From the NCBI GenBank assembly GCA_965213705.1, contig OZ243913.1, forward strand, positions 3,584,001 through 3,648,000: a stretch of 64,000 nucleotides of DNA, read 5' to 3'. The notes under the pieces are model-generated. The model was given only the letters and a program-made list of their open reading frames with translations. It did not search any database and was not told the DNA's origin. Below, piece by piece: positions 47,291 to 56,452 of the stretch (positions are counted from its first letter, which is position 1; each line of letters begins with the position of its first letter). The stretch comes from Trueperaceae bacterium (lineage in GTDB: Bacteria > Deinococcota > Deinococci > Deinococcales > Trueperaceae). The translations under genes and the position numbers were made by a program.

Positions 47291-47503
47291 TTAACCCTCT
47301 TCCTCTGCCCACTTTTTCGCCGCTTCTTCAGCGTCCTCGAGGGCCGCGTCGAGCGTGGGATAACTGTTCTTGCCTTCCCAAACCGTGCTGCCCTCGTCCA
47401 GCAAGCGGATGAACAAATCCGTCCCGTCGCTATAGCCGACTTCCAACCAGCCGTCCAAAACCCAGGCGGCCAGGTTGGGGTAGTGTTTTTCAATCGTCGG
47501 CAT
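47291..47503 (-). CDS. Conserved-looking small hypothetical protein
   Basis: YPNLAAWVLDGWLEVG...IRLLDEGSTVWEG..SYPTLDAALEDAE; host-like codon usage. Confidence 0.6.
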   Translation of the reverse strand: MPTIEKHYPNLAAWVLDGWLEVGYSDGTDLFIRLLDEGSTVWEGKNSYPTLDAALEDAEEAAKKWAEEEG

Positions 47504-47697
47504 GATGATTTCGGTCAGTTCTCCGCTCACTTCGGTAGAGTATAGCGCGCCTCGAGAACCTCTCAAATACGCCTTCGTTTGTCCATGCGGTAGAGTAGGA
47601 CATCCAGACGGTGGACACGGTTTCGGGCGTCGAGTAGGTGCGCCTCGAGACGCTCCGTCTTGATACGGCTCACCTACGGAACCGACAAGGAGAAACT

Positions 47698-47991
47698 ATG
47701 GCGAACATCAGGGCTGTCGCCCACATCAGGGCGCGCGCCGACAAGGTTGAAGAGATGCGCGCCGTGCTGACGGCTTTGCTCGAGCCGACCCGCCGCGAAG
47801 ACGGCTGCGTCAGCTACATCCTTACCCAGAACTTAGACGACCCGACCGACTTTACCTTTATCGAGGAGTGGAAAAGCCGCGAGGCTATCCAGGCTCACTT
47901 AGGTTCTGAACACGTCGCCGAAGCGCTGTCGCACCTGCCGGAAGTCGGTGCCGCCGACCCCGATATTCGCTCTTATGAGGTTTTGGCTTAG
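47698..47991 (+). CDS. Antibiotic biosynthesis monooxygenase (ABM) family protein
   Basis: TRREDGCVSY.L, F.FIEEWKS.EAIQAH; AAGGAG RBS. Confidence 0.88.
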   Translation: MANIRAVAHIRARADKVEEMRAVLTALLEPTRREDGCVSYILTQNLDDPTDFTFIEEWKSREAIQAHLGSEHVAEALSHLPEVGAADPDIRSYEVLA

Positions 47992-48056
47992 CAGGCAAGG
48001 GTTAAGCTTGAAATGACAGCTTAGCCTCGAGCCGTTTACTGATGGCTTCGGTCTGT

Positions 48057-48278
48057 TCAACTCGCGGTCTGGTAAATTACAGGTCTGTACTTCGGCCTGG
48101 GAATGGTTTTGCCCGTTTCTCTCGTGACCTCGAGTCAGGCTTTCTTGGCAAGCTCGAGTTCGGCGAGTGCCTCGGCAGGCGTTTCTCCAAAAGCCGAGCG
48201 GTATTTCAGATCGGGAATATCGGCGATGTAGCCGCCGTCTTCCTTGCTGAAGAACAGGTTGATTTCGTAGTTGTCTAT
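48057..48278 (-). pseudogene. hicB: HicB family antitoxin pseudogene
   Basis: IDNYEINLFFSKEDGGYIADIPDL..RSAFGETPAEALAELELAKKA*LEVTRETGKTIPRPKYRP. TGA at 48135-48137 replaces the expected Trp; start is ATA. Confidence 0.75.
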
Positions 48279-48288
48279 CAGGCGTACA

Positions 48289-48492
48289 TCAACCTTTCGG
48301 CTCGGGGATGGCGCGACCCAATTCTTTTGCGGTCTCGAGCCACTTCCCAACAACGACTTCGGCGTTCGCGACCGCTTCGGCGTAGGTTTTGCCGTCCGCC
48401 AGACAGCCGGGCAGTTCCGGCACTTCGGCGATAAAGGCGTCGTCCTCAAAGCTCCAATGGAGAATGACCTCATATTTGGGGTGTTCAGTCAT
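48289..48492 (-). CDS. hicB: HicB family antitoxin (no adjacent hicA)
   Basis: KYEVILHWS.EDDAFIAEVPELPGC.ADGKTY.EAV.NAEVV...WLETAKELGRAIPEPKG. Confidence 0.85.
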   Translation of the reverse strand: MTEHPKYEVILHWSFEDDAFIAEVPELPGCLADGKTYAEAVANAEVVVGKWLETAKELGRAIPEPKG

Positions 48493-48545
48493 TGGTATCG
48501 CCTCCGAGGTCTCTTGCAGGACTTTGACAAGGTTCTCGAGCCTCC

Positions 48546-50237
48546 CTAATCCGTCACCGCCCCTTTCGACGCGCTGCCCACCAACTTCGCGTACTTCGCC
48601 AGCACGCCGCGCTCGTACTTGATAGGCGGCGCGTTCCAAGCCGCGCGGCGTTCGTCTAACTCTTCGTCGCTGAGGTCGACTTGCAGCAGGTTCTTTTCGG
48701 CGTCGATGGTGACGCTGTCACCCTCTTCGAGCAGCGCGAGCGGCCCGCCCACTTGCGCCTCGGGCGCGACGTGCCCGACGACGAGGCCGTAGGTGCCGCC
48801 CGAAAAACGCCCGTCGGTAATTAGCGCGACCGAGTCGCCCAAGCCCTTGCCGATGACGGCCGAGGTCGGGGACAGCATTTCACGCATGCCGGGGCCGCCC
48901 TTGGGGCCTTCGTAGCGGATGACGATGACGTCGCCCGCTTGAACGACGTCGTTCATAATGGCGGTCATCGCGGCCTCTTCGCTCTCGAAGATGCGTGCGG
49001 GGCCGGTGATGCTGCTGTTTTTGAGGCCGCTCGTCTTGGCAACGGCACCTTCGGGGGCAAGGTTGCCGCTCAAAATGGCGAGGTGGCCCTGTTTGTACTT
49101 GGGTTTGTCGAGCGGCAAGATGACGTCCTGGTCGGGTGAGGGCGTACCGGACACCTCGGACAGGTTTTCCGCGACGGTTTTGCCGGTCACGGTCAGGCAG
49201 TCGCCGTTTATCAGACCCGCCTCGAGCAGCATCTTCATCACCAGCGGCACGCCGCCTGCCGCGTGAAAGTCGGTGGCGACGTATTTTCCGGAAGGTTTGA
49301 GGTCGGCGACGTGCGGTACTTTGCGGCGGACGCGCTCGAAGTCTTCCAGACTCAAGTCAATCTCGGCGGCGTGGGCGATGGCGAGGTAGTGCAGCACCGC
49401 GTTCGTGCTGCCGCCGATTGCCATGACCACGGCGAGGGCGTTTTCGATGGATGCTTTTGTGATGATGTCTCGAGCGGTGACGCCCTGCTCAATCATCCCC
49501 AACAACGCCTGCCCGCTCGCGGCGGCGCTTTCATACTTTTCGTGCTCGACCGCCGACATAGTTGAAGAATAGGGAAGGCTCATACCCATCGCTTCGAACG
49601 CCGACGACATGGTGTTGGCGGTGTACATGCCGCCGCACGAGCCCGCGCCGGGAATGGCGCGGCGTTCGATGTCGCGAAAAGTGTCCAACTCAATCCGCCC
49701 CGCCGAATACTCGCCTACCGCCTCGAACACGCTGACGATGGTGAGGTCATCGCCGTCATGCTGCCCCGGCAGAATAGTGCCGCCGTAGACGAAAATGCTC
49801 GGCACGTCCAGCCGCGCCATCGCTATCATCGCGCCGGGCATGTTTTTGTCGCAACCGCCCACGGCGATAACCCCGTCCATGCTCTGCCCGCGCACCACGG
49901 TTTCTATCGAGTCGGCGATGACCTCGCGGCTCACCAGGCTGCACTTCATCCCTTCGGTGCCCATCGAAATGCCGTCCGAAACGGTGATGGTGCCGAACAG
50001 TTGCGGCATCCCGCCCGCCGCTTTAATCGCTTCTTCGGCGGCTCGAGACAGGTCACCCAGCCCGGCGTTGCACGGCGTGATGGTCGAAAAGCCGTTCGCC
50101 ACCCCGATGATGGGCTTGGTAAAGTCGTCGTCACCGAAGCCGACCGCCCGCATCATCGAGCGGTTAGGGGCTCGCTCGACGCCTTCGGTGACAGTTGAAC
50201 TGCGGCGGTTGAGTTTTTTTGGGGTTGCGCTGCTCAT
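48546..50237 (-). CDS. ilvD: Dihydroxy-acid dehydratase
   Basis: [42 protein letters not shown] and TDGRFSG motifs. Confidence 0.97.
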   Translation of the reverse strand: MSSATPKKLNRRSSTVTEGVERAPNRSMMRAVGFGDDDFTKPIIGVANGFSTITPCNAGLGDLSRAAEEAIKAAGGMPQLFGTITVSDGISMGTEGMKCSLVSREVIADSIETVVRGQSMDGVIAVGGCDKNMPGAMIAMARLDVPSIFVYGGTILPGQHDGDDLTIVSVFEAVGEYSAGRIELDTFRDIERRAIPGAGSCGGMYTANTMSSAFEAMGMSLPYSSTMSAVEHEKYESAAASGQALLGMIEQGVTARDIITKASIENALAVVMAIGGSTNAVLHYLAIAHAAEIDLSLEDFERVRRKVPHVADLKPSGKYVATDFHAAGGVPLVMKMLLEAGLINGDCLTVTGKTVAENLSEVSGTPSPDQDVILPLDKPKYKQGHLAILSGNLAPEGAVAKTSGLKNSSITGPARIFESEEAAMTAIMNDVVQAGDVIVIRYEGPKGGPGMREMLSPTSAVIGKGLGDSVALITDGRFSGGTYGLVVGHVAPEAQVGGPLALLEEGDSVTIDAEKNLLQVDLSDEELDERRAAWNAPPIKYERGVLAKYAKLVGSASKGAVTD

Positions 50238-50306
50238 GATGTCCTCCAAGATTCGCTGAGTAGCTAGAAGTGTACCTTGGAGAACCCGCAGTTCGCTATT
50301 CTCGCC

Positions 50307-51101
50307 TCAAACCTTGCGTGCCCGCAGCGCTAGAAACAAGGGGATGTCCTGGTTGTCCTGCTCGCCTTTGTTCATGGGTTGGTCGGGCAGCTCGAGCAGC
50401 GCGTCGACAAACAACCCCGCGTTGCTCAGGGCCGTAACGTAGTCCTGAAGCGGCCGGTGAAAACTCCGCGTCGTGCCTTGCCCTTTAACGTGCTCTTTCA
50501 TCGGCACGTCCAGCGGGCGCAAGTAGCTATCCACCCGGCGATAGGTGAGCTTGCGGCCCGCGTCAAAACCCCAGCCGCTCTGCCGCGGCACCCGAAAACA
50601 AGGGTGCAGCATAAAGATAACGATGCGCCCGCCCTTTTTGAGCGCCCAACCGGCCGCGTTTACAACCTCGTCCAGCGGGTCCATGTCCTGAAGGCTGAGG
50701 AGGAACACAGCCCCGTCGAAGCTTTTTTCTTTGACATTGGGAAGCCGCTGCAAGTTCCGAACGTCTGCGCAGATGAATTCGCCCACCTTGCCGTGGTGCT
50801 GCTTGGCTGAACGCACGAGCGAAGAACTCAGCTCCACCCCGACGTAACTCGCGCCCGCGCGCGCGACGTGCGGCGCGAGGACGCTCGAGCCCGCCCCGAG
50901 GTCAAGAATCTTTTCGCCGGGGCGGGGCTCGAGCAACTCAAGCGTCGTCGGCAGCGCGACTTTCCGGTGATAGTGGCTGCCCTTTTTGCCGACCCAACCG
51001 TCGTACCAACCCGCCACGTTTTCCCAACTCGTAGCTTTGGGTTTGGTGACTTTGGTGGGTTTTGAAGAGTTGAGTTTTGTAAATTTAGGCTTCACCGGCA
51101 T
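50307..51101 (-). CDS. Class I SAM-dependent methyltransferase
   Basis: TSW..VA.WYD, ILDLGAG, HPCFRVPRQSGW and FHRPL motifs. Confidence 0.88.
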   Translation of the reverse strand: MPVKPKFTKLNSSKPTKVTKPKATSWENVAGWYDGWVGKKGSHYHRKVALPTTLELLEPRPGEKILDLGAGSSVLAPHVARAGASYVGVELSSSLVRSAKQHHGKVGEFICADVRNLQRLPNVKEKSFDGAVFLLSLQDMDPLDEVVNAAGWALKKGGRIVIFMLHPCFRVPRQSGWGFDAGRKLTYRRVDSYLRPLDVPMKEHVKGQGTTRSFHRPLQDYVTALSNAGLFVDALLELPDQPMNKGEQDNQDIPLFLALRARKV

Positions 51102-51150
51102 ATATCTTGTTTCACAAAACTTGTCTCCAAACACAGCTACAATATACTTC

Positions 51151-51561
51151 GTGGCTTCCGACGAGAACGGGCGGTCAAACGAAAAAGCTCCAACCCAAAG
51201 CTTTCTGAAGTACCCTCGAGGGCTCGTCCTTTTTCACCGCTTCTACCGAGGTTTTATCCTAACACCTGTCGTCATTCTCATCATTATGCTACCCCTGAAC
51301 GCTTTTCTCGGTATTTCCCCTCCGCGCATCCTCCACCCGGTTTTTGACGAGTGGCTGTTCGGTTACGCTGCGATTGTGTTGCCGACGTCGCTTCTACTCG
51401 CATATCTACTCTACCTTTTGACCAGTCGAGCCAAGTTCAAGTCGACAGACGAAGAAATAGGTAAAAGAATTAGAAAAAACCTTAAACGTGACGGTTTGTA
51501 CCTGGTAGGTCACTTCGTTTTTATGCTCGCCCTGCCGTTACTTTCGCTGTACCTGAGTTAA
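51151..51561 (+). CDS. Hypothetical membrane protein (~3 TM segments)
   Basis: Three hydrophobic stretches; AT-richer codon usage; start uncertain. Confidence 0.55.
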   Translation: MASDENGRSNEKAPTQSFLKYPRGLVLFHRFYRGFILTPVVILIIMLPLNAFLGISPPRILHPVFDEWLFGYAAIVLPTSLLLAYLLYLLTSRAKFKSTDEEIGKRIRKNLKRDGLYLVGHFVFMLALPLLSLYLS

Positions 51562-51664
51562 GACACCAAAGAATGTCTCTCGGTTGGTTGAAACCCGGTT
51601 CGGATTTTCGTTGAGGCCTGTCTGATGAGGTCTACTGACGAAGCTGCACCAAGACGTGACCCCT

Positions 51665-52480
51665 TTACCCTTCTACAAACTCGAGCAACACACGGTTGAA
51701 CTGCCCTGGGTTGTCCCAGTTGAGCATGTGTCCGGCATCGTTGATAAAAACCAGCCTGGATTTCGGGATACGCTGCGCCATCATACGCGCTTGTCTGTGG
51801 GTTTGCTTGTTGAGACCCCCCACCATGACAAGCGTTGGACAGCCGATGTACTCTAAGCGTTTATAACCGTCGAACTGAGTAACCGCTTTCCACACTTCGC
51901 GGTAATTTGTGAGGTCGGCAGCGTGCTTGCCGATTTCGGCCTGGACGTAACGCTTTGCACCGGCGCTGCGTTTCCCGATTTGACCGGCAAACAGCTTCGT
52001 TTGCCAAGCTACCGGCGCAAGGTTGAACATAGGCAGCGTAATATCCGTCAAAAAAGCTTCCAAGCGCGTCGAGCGAACCCCGTAAGAGGTATCGACCAGG
52101 ACGAGTTTGGTCACGAGGTTTGGACGCTGCACCGCTAGCTGCTGAGCGACCATGCCACCCAAAGAGTGACCACAAAGAGTAGCCGGCTCGAGTTCCAAAT
52201 GTTCTAGGAGTTGCCCAACATCATCTGCAAACTTGGCGACGCTGTACGGGTAGCCTTTTCGTTCGGATTGCCCGTGGCCTCTCAGGTCAACCAACAGGTA
52301 AGACTTGCCGGTGAGTGCCTCGAGCTGAGGCTGCCATTCGCTCGAGGCGATGTAAGCACCGTGGATGAAAACGAGGGTAGGCTCCCCGTTGTCTGCGTGT
52401 TGAAAAGCAATTTTTGTGGCGTCGTCGGTTTGGAAATGAGCTGTGTTTGCAGGGGTGGCGTTTGCGAACTCAGGTTTCAT
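51665..52480 (-). CDS. Alpha/beta hydrolase
   Basis: FIHG, DLRGHGQS, GHSLGG nucleophile elbow, AGH. Confidence 0.92.
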   Translation of the reverse strand: MKPEFANATPANTAHFQTDDATKIAFQHADNGEPTLVFIHGAYIASSEWQPQLEALTGKSYLLVDLRGHGQSERKGYPYSVAKFADDVGQLLEHLELEPATLCGHSLGGMVAQQLAVQRPNLVTKLVLVDTSYGVRSTRLEAFLTDITLPMFNLAPVAWQTKLFAGQIGKRSAGAKRYVQAEIGKHAADLTNYREVWKAVTQFDGYKRLEYIGCPTLVMVGGLNKQTHRQARMMAQRIPKSRLVFINDAGHMLNWDNPGQFNRVLLEFVEG

Positions 52481-53219
52481 ACCTACCAGCCACAAAACAG
52501 AAGTCCATCTCTACCTCTTTGCTTTCGTCCGGCTCTCCCCAAACAGACGAAACCTGACGGTAAGCCTCTTCGAAAAAACTTTCTCCAAGCGCGGCCATAC
52601 ATCTTCGGGTTGATGACCAAGTGCGAAGGTAAGCAAAAAACCTGTTCAAGTCCCAGCATGTTTTCATTGGAAAAACCGGGGCCTCGATGATTTCAAAAGG
52701 TATATCTAGGTCTCGGTAGTGATTCCATAAAAGCTTGTTTTGTTCTGCCCAATAAGGTTTTACAACGTCCAAAAAGGACTTCTCAACGACTTTGTCAACC
52801 TCACTGTTTATGTTGGGCCAGCAGTACCCCCACGCCGAGAAGATGCCCCCCGGCTTCAACACTCTTTTGACCTCGCAAAAAAACTGGTCGTGTTTCATCC
52901 AGTGCAGCGCTTGGGCTACACAAACCAAGTCGAAAGAGGCTTTTGGAAAAGGTGTAGCCTCGGAGGGGCAGACGGAATAGTTTATTTTTGGATGGTCAAA
53001 GGCGTTTTTGATTTGGTTGGGGCTTACGTCCGTTGCTTGCACCTCGTCGAAATGACCAGCGAGGCTGACGGCGGCTTGTCCGTTGCCGCAGGCGCAATCC
53101 CACGCGCTTTTGGTTTTCATACACTGGCTGACGAGAAATTCAAACAGTTCTGGTGGGTAACCGAGTCGTGCTGAAGCGTAACTGTCGGACTTGTCGTTGA
53201 ACAGTTCGGTGTAGTTCAT
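52470..53219 (-). CDS. Class I SAM-dependent methyltransferase
   Basis: YASAR..YP.ELF, AWDCACGNGQ, AQALHW and TWS motifs; lower GC. Confidence 0.9.
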   Translation of the reverse strand: MNYTELFNDKSDSYASARLGYPPELFEFLVSQCMKTKSAWDCACGNGQAAVSLAGHFDEVQATDVSPNQIKNAFDHPKINYSVCPSEATPFPKASFDLVCVAQALHWMKHDQFFCEVKRVLKPGGIFSAWGYCWPNINSEVDKVVEKSFLDVVKPYWAEQNKLLWNHYRDLDIPFEIIEAPVFPMKTCWDLNRFFAYLRTWSSTRRCMAALGESFFEEAYRQVSSVWGEPDESKEVEMDFCFVAGRYET

Positions 53220-53274
53220 GGTGAGGGGAACAGTGAGATACGGCTACCAACTGACTTTCCAAAGCCTACCTTTT

Positions 53275-54255
53275 TCACCCGCCAATAGCGACCATCGTCC
53301 GCGGCCGCTCGACGGGCGTGGTGATGCCCGACTTGACCTTGCGGTGTGCGGCGACCAAGAACATCTCTTGGATAGCCCCCACCGGGTCGGCGGCGTTCAA
53401 GGCCTCGCGGATGTCGATTTCACGGTCGGTCATGAGGCAGGGGCGCAAACGGCCGTCGCTCGTCAAGCGCATCCGGCTACACGCGCCGCAAAACGGCTCG
53501 GAAACGGGGTTGATGAAGCCGATAGCGCCTTGCCAACCGGGCACCTTGAACAACCTGGCCGGGGCCGAGGGGTCGGTCTGGACGGGCTCGAGCGCCCCGA
53601 ACGCCGCCTCGACCGTCTCTTTAATCTCTTTACCCGACACGAAGTTTTCAAAATACGCCCCCGGCTCGGCGTTGTTGAGGTGCATGTACTCGATGTAGCG
53701 CGTGTGGATGGGCCGGTCCCGCGTCAGCTCGGCGAGTTTGACGATTTGGTGCTCGTTGATGCCCCGAATCACCACCGCGTTCAGTTTGACCGGGTGCAGG
53801 CCGGCTTCCAATACGGCCTCGATGCCCGCCCACACCTGTTTGATGTCGCCGCCCTTGGTCGCCTCACGGAACACCTCCGGGTCGACGGCGTCGAGCGAGA
53901 TGTTCACGCGGTCGAGCCCGGCGTCGAGCAGCGCGGGCAGGCGGCGTTTGAGGAGGCTCGCGTTCGTCGTCACGGCCACGTCGGGGATGCCGACAATTTG
54001 TTTGGCGTGGTGAATCATTTCCGGGAGTTCTTTGCGCAGCAGCGGCTCGCCGCCGGTAAAGCGCACCGCGTCCATGCCCATCCCGGCGGCGGCGAGGACC
54101 ACGTTCGCCACGTCCTGCACCGTGACCGTCCCGAGCGGGTCGCCGTGGCCCAAACCGAGTGGGTCGCAGTAAAAGCACTTGTAGTTGCAGCGCGGCGTCA
54201 CGCTGATGCGCAAGTCTCTGACGACGCGGCCGTGCTGGTCGATGAGCGAGTTCAA
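53275..54255 (-). CDS. moaA: GTP 3',8-cyclase MoaA (radical SAM)
   Basis: LRISVT.RCNYKCFYC, TGGEPLLR, FCGACSRMRLT.DG.L.PCL, C-terminal M.AIGG. Confidence 0.95.
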   Translation of the reverse strand: MNSLIDQHGRVVRDLRISVTPRCNYKCFYCDPLGLGHGDPLGTVTVQDVANVVLAAAGMGMDAVRFTGGEPLLRKELPEMIHHAKQIVGIPDVAVTTNASLLKRRLPALLDAGLDRVNISLDAVDPEVFREATKGGDIKQVWAGIEAVLEAGLHPVKLNAVVIRGINEHQIVKLAELTRDRPIHTRYIEYMHLNNAEPGAYFENFVSGKEIKETVEAAFGALEPVQTDPSAPARLFKVPGWQGAIGFINPVSEPFCGACSRMRLTSDGRLRPCLMTDREIDIREALNAADPVGAIQEMFLVAAHRKVKSGITTPVERPRTMVAIGG

Positions 54256-54345
54256 GGTAAGACGAGTGTAGCGTAAAAACGAGGTGTTGTGTGGCTTGGG
54301 GCTGAGCGCCGGGGCTCGAGCCTCAACGCCGTTAAGATTGAGGCT

Positions 54346-55281
54346 ATGAACAGTTACCTCGTCCTGACCGACGCCGACGTTGCCGAACACCTCACCATGC
54401 CCGTGGCGGTCGAAAAGATGGAGGACGCTTTCCGAGAACTTGCGGCGGGTACGCTGGTCGCGCCACCGCGCTTTCGCGTCGAAGCGCCCAAGGGTGCCCT
54501 GGTATTCACCGCGGGGGCGGCGACGGGCGTTGAGCAAGCCATCGGTTTTCGCGTTTACGACACCTTTCCGAGTACCACATCCACCGACCAAACCCAGCTC
54601 GTCGCCGTTTTCGACTCAGAAACAGGGCGGTTCAGGGGGGTCGTCATCGGCGGGGCCATCGGCGCTGTGCGCACGGGTGCCATCGGCGGTGTGGCGGTCA
54701 AGTACATGGCGCGGCCCGGCGCGCGGGTGCTCGCCGTCGGCGCAGGTTTCCAAGCGCGAACGCAGCTTCGCGCGGCTATGGCAGTCAGGACATTCGAACA
54801 GGTTTTTATTACCAGCCGGACCCGCTTGAGCGCGAAAACTTTCCGCGATGAAGTCGTCGCCGAGTTCACCGTCCCCTGTGAGGTGACCGACGCGCAAACG
54901 GCTGTTCGAGCCGCAGACGTGGTGCTGTGCGCGACTACCAGCCGAACCCCGGTTCTCGAGACGGCTTGGCTCAAGGCAGGCGCGCACGTCAACCAGGTCG
55001 GCCCCAAAGGTCTCGGTCATTCGGAGCTTCCCGCGGACGTTGTCGACGTTGCTGCCGTCATCGCCACGGACTCGTTAGCGCAAACCAGGGCCTACCCGGA
55101 ACCTCACTTCGTTACGGACGAACGTCGTTTTGTCGGTTTGGAAAACATCGTCGTGGGGGATGAGCCGGGACGCCGGAGCGATGACGACGTTACCCTGTTT
55201 TGCTCGGTAGGTTTGGCGGGTACGGAAGTCGTGCTGGCGAATCATCTCCTGAAGCTGAAAACTGACGAAGCTAAAAAGTGA
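54346..55281 (+). CDS. Ornithine cyclodeaminase/mu-crystallin family protein
   Basis: AVRTGA, GAGFQA, CATTS..PV, GRRSDDDVTLFCSVG. Confidence 0.88.
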   Translation: MNSYLVLTDADVAEHLTMPVAVEKMEDAFRELAAGTLVAPPRFRVEAPKGALVFTAGAATGVEQAIGFRVYDTFPSTTSTDQTQLVAVFDSETGRFRGVVIGGAIGAVRTGAIGGVAVKYMARPGARVLAVGAGFQARTQLRAAMAVRTFEQVFITSRTRLSAKTFRDEVVAEFTVPCEVTDAQTAVRAADVVLCATTSRTPVLETAWLKAGAHVNQVGPKGLGHSELPADVVDVAAVIATDSLAQTRAYPEPHFVTDERRFVGLENIVVGDEPGRRSDDDVTLFCSVGLAGTEVVLANHLLKLKTDEAKK

Positions 55282-55359
55282 TTTTGTCGTACAAGTCTTT
55301 TGGCGTTACCGCGCAGGGAACGGTCGCGAGGGTTACCGTGGCCTCTTCACCCTCGAGAC

Positions 55360-55389
55360 TTGACAAATATGGGCAAATGCCTATACGTT
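55360..55389 (+). promoter_or_regulatory. Sigma70 promoter with palindromic operator for the TA operon
   Basis: TTGACA at 55360 followed by TATGGGCA-AA-TGCCTATA (1-mismatch inverted repeat) overlapping the -10 region. Confidence 0.65.
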
Positions 55390-55408
55390 GTTCCTAGAGG
55401 GTAACGCT

Positions 55409-55768
55409 GTGGCAATCGAAAAGCCGGTTATTTGGGTTCGCTCTTCACTGGAGGATTTGAAGGCTTTACCCCAAAAGCCCAGACGCGACATAGGGTTTGC
55501 CCTGTCTGAAGTGCAAGAAGGTGGGTATCCAGACAATGCCAAGCCGCTGCAAGGATTCAGTGGCGTCTACGAAATTCGCACCGATTTCGGTAGCAGTACC
55601 TACCGAGCGGCTTACGTCGTGAATCTTGGCGAGAACATCTACGTGCTTCATGTCTTTCAGAAAAAGTCAAAACGCGGTGCGGAGACGCCGAAGGTCGATA
55701 TAGAGAAAATACGCAAGCGCCTAAAGCGCGCTCAGGAACTTGCAAAGGAGTTGGAAAATGACGACTAA
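55409..55768 (+). CDS. RelE/HigB-like (Gp49/DUF891) toxin
   Basis: W..SS.EDL.ALP, L.EVQ.G, GVYEIR, YRAAY, IYVLHVFQKKSK.G.ETPK. Confidence 0.9.
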   Translation: MAIEKPVIWVRSSLEDLKALPQKPRRDIGFALSEVQEGGYPDNAKPLQGFSGVYEIRTDFGSSTYRAAYVVNLGENIYVLHVFQKKSKRGAETPKVDIEKIRKRLKRAQELAKELENDD

Positions 55769-56093
55769 AAAAGACTTCACCCTCGGCAGCGGCAACGTGT
55801 TTGCCGACCTCGACTTGCCCGACCCCGAGGAATTGCAACTCAAAACAAAGCTCACTTTGCTGATTAAACGCATTATTCAGCAGCGTGGCTGGACCCAACA
55901 ACAAGTTGCCGACGCCTTGGGCATCAAGCAACCCGACGTGTCTGAACTCAGCCGAGGCCGGCGTCTCGAGCATTATTCGGTAGAGCGGCTGATGAATTTT
56001 TTAAGTAAGCTCGAGCAGAAAGTGACGATTACCGTCAGCAGCGATGAACTGCCGCTGGAAGAGATTGTCCTTGCTGCTCAGGCAACAAGATGA
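55758..56093 (+). CDS. XRE-family HTH antitoxin (HigA-like)
   Basis: GSGNVFADL.LPD.EEL..K, TQQQVA..LGI.QP.VS.L.RG, SVERL..FL..L. Confidence 0.9.
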   Translation: MTTKKDFTLGSGNVFADLDLPDPEELQLKTKLTLLIKRIIQQRGWTQQQVADALGIKQPDVSELSRGRRLEHYSVERLMNFLSKLEQKVTITVSSDELPLEEIVLAAQATR

Positions 56094-56108
56094 GTTTGCA
56101 TTGAACCG

Positions 56109-56374
56109 TCACGGCTTCGGCCCTTGCCCAGCGTGCCAGCCCCCCGCCCGCCCCCCGCGCCAAAAACGTTCGCCGCTGGAAGAATGAGTGTTGGGGTAAG
56201 TCCGCAGCGCTCCGACGACCTCTTCTAAAGGAATCCGGTAAGCGAAGCGGGTTTCAAGTACCACAGCTCGAGGCCAGTGTGCAGTGCCTCGGCGTCCTCC
56301 AACGCCACCCCGAGCCGCAGCGCGTAAGTCAGCGCCCGGTTTATGGCGAGGTCGAAAAGGGCGTCTCGAGGCAT
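56109..56374 (-). pseudogene. Small hypothetical gene with a 1-nt frameshift
   Basis: MPRDALFDLAINRALTYALRLG...LELWYLK / TRFAYRIPLEEVVGALRTYP...FWRGGRAGGW; restored by one extra A at the TTT run 56252-56254. Confidence 0.5.
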
Positions 56375-56421
56375 TTCAGGTTAAAGGTAGGCCGAGAGTA
56401 GACGAACGCAGTTGAGATTTG

Positions 56422-56449
56422 AAACTCGGTACTTTCCGCTCGGTACTTT
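56422..56449. repeat. 14-bp direct repeat, ACTCGGT-ACTTT family
   Basis: AAACTCGGTACTTT / CCGCTCGGTACTTT just downstream of tyrA. Confidence 0.7.
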
Positions 56450-56452
56450 TTC

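Noticed and set aside
28382..48137. Stop-codon reassignment or selenocysteine explaining in-frame TGA/TAA in small genes
   Set aside because: TGA and TAA terminate many core genes normally. The internal stops are confined to decaying TA genes, two of which carry additional lesions.
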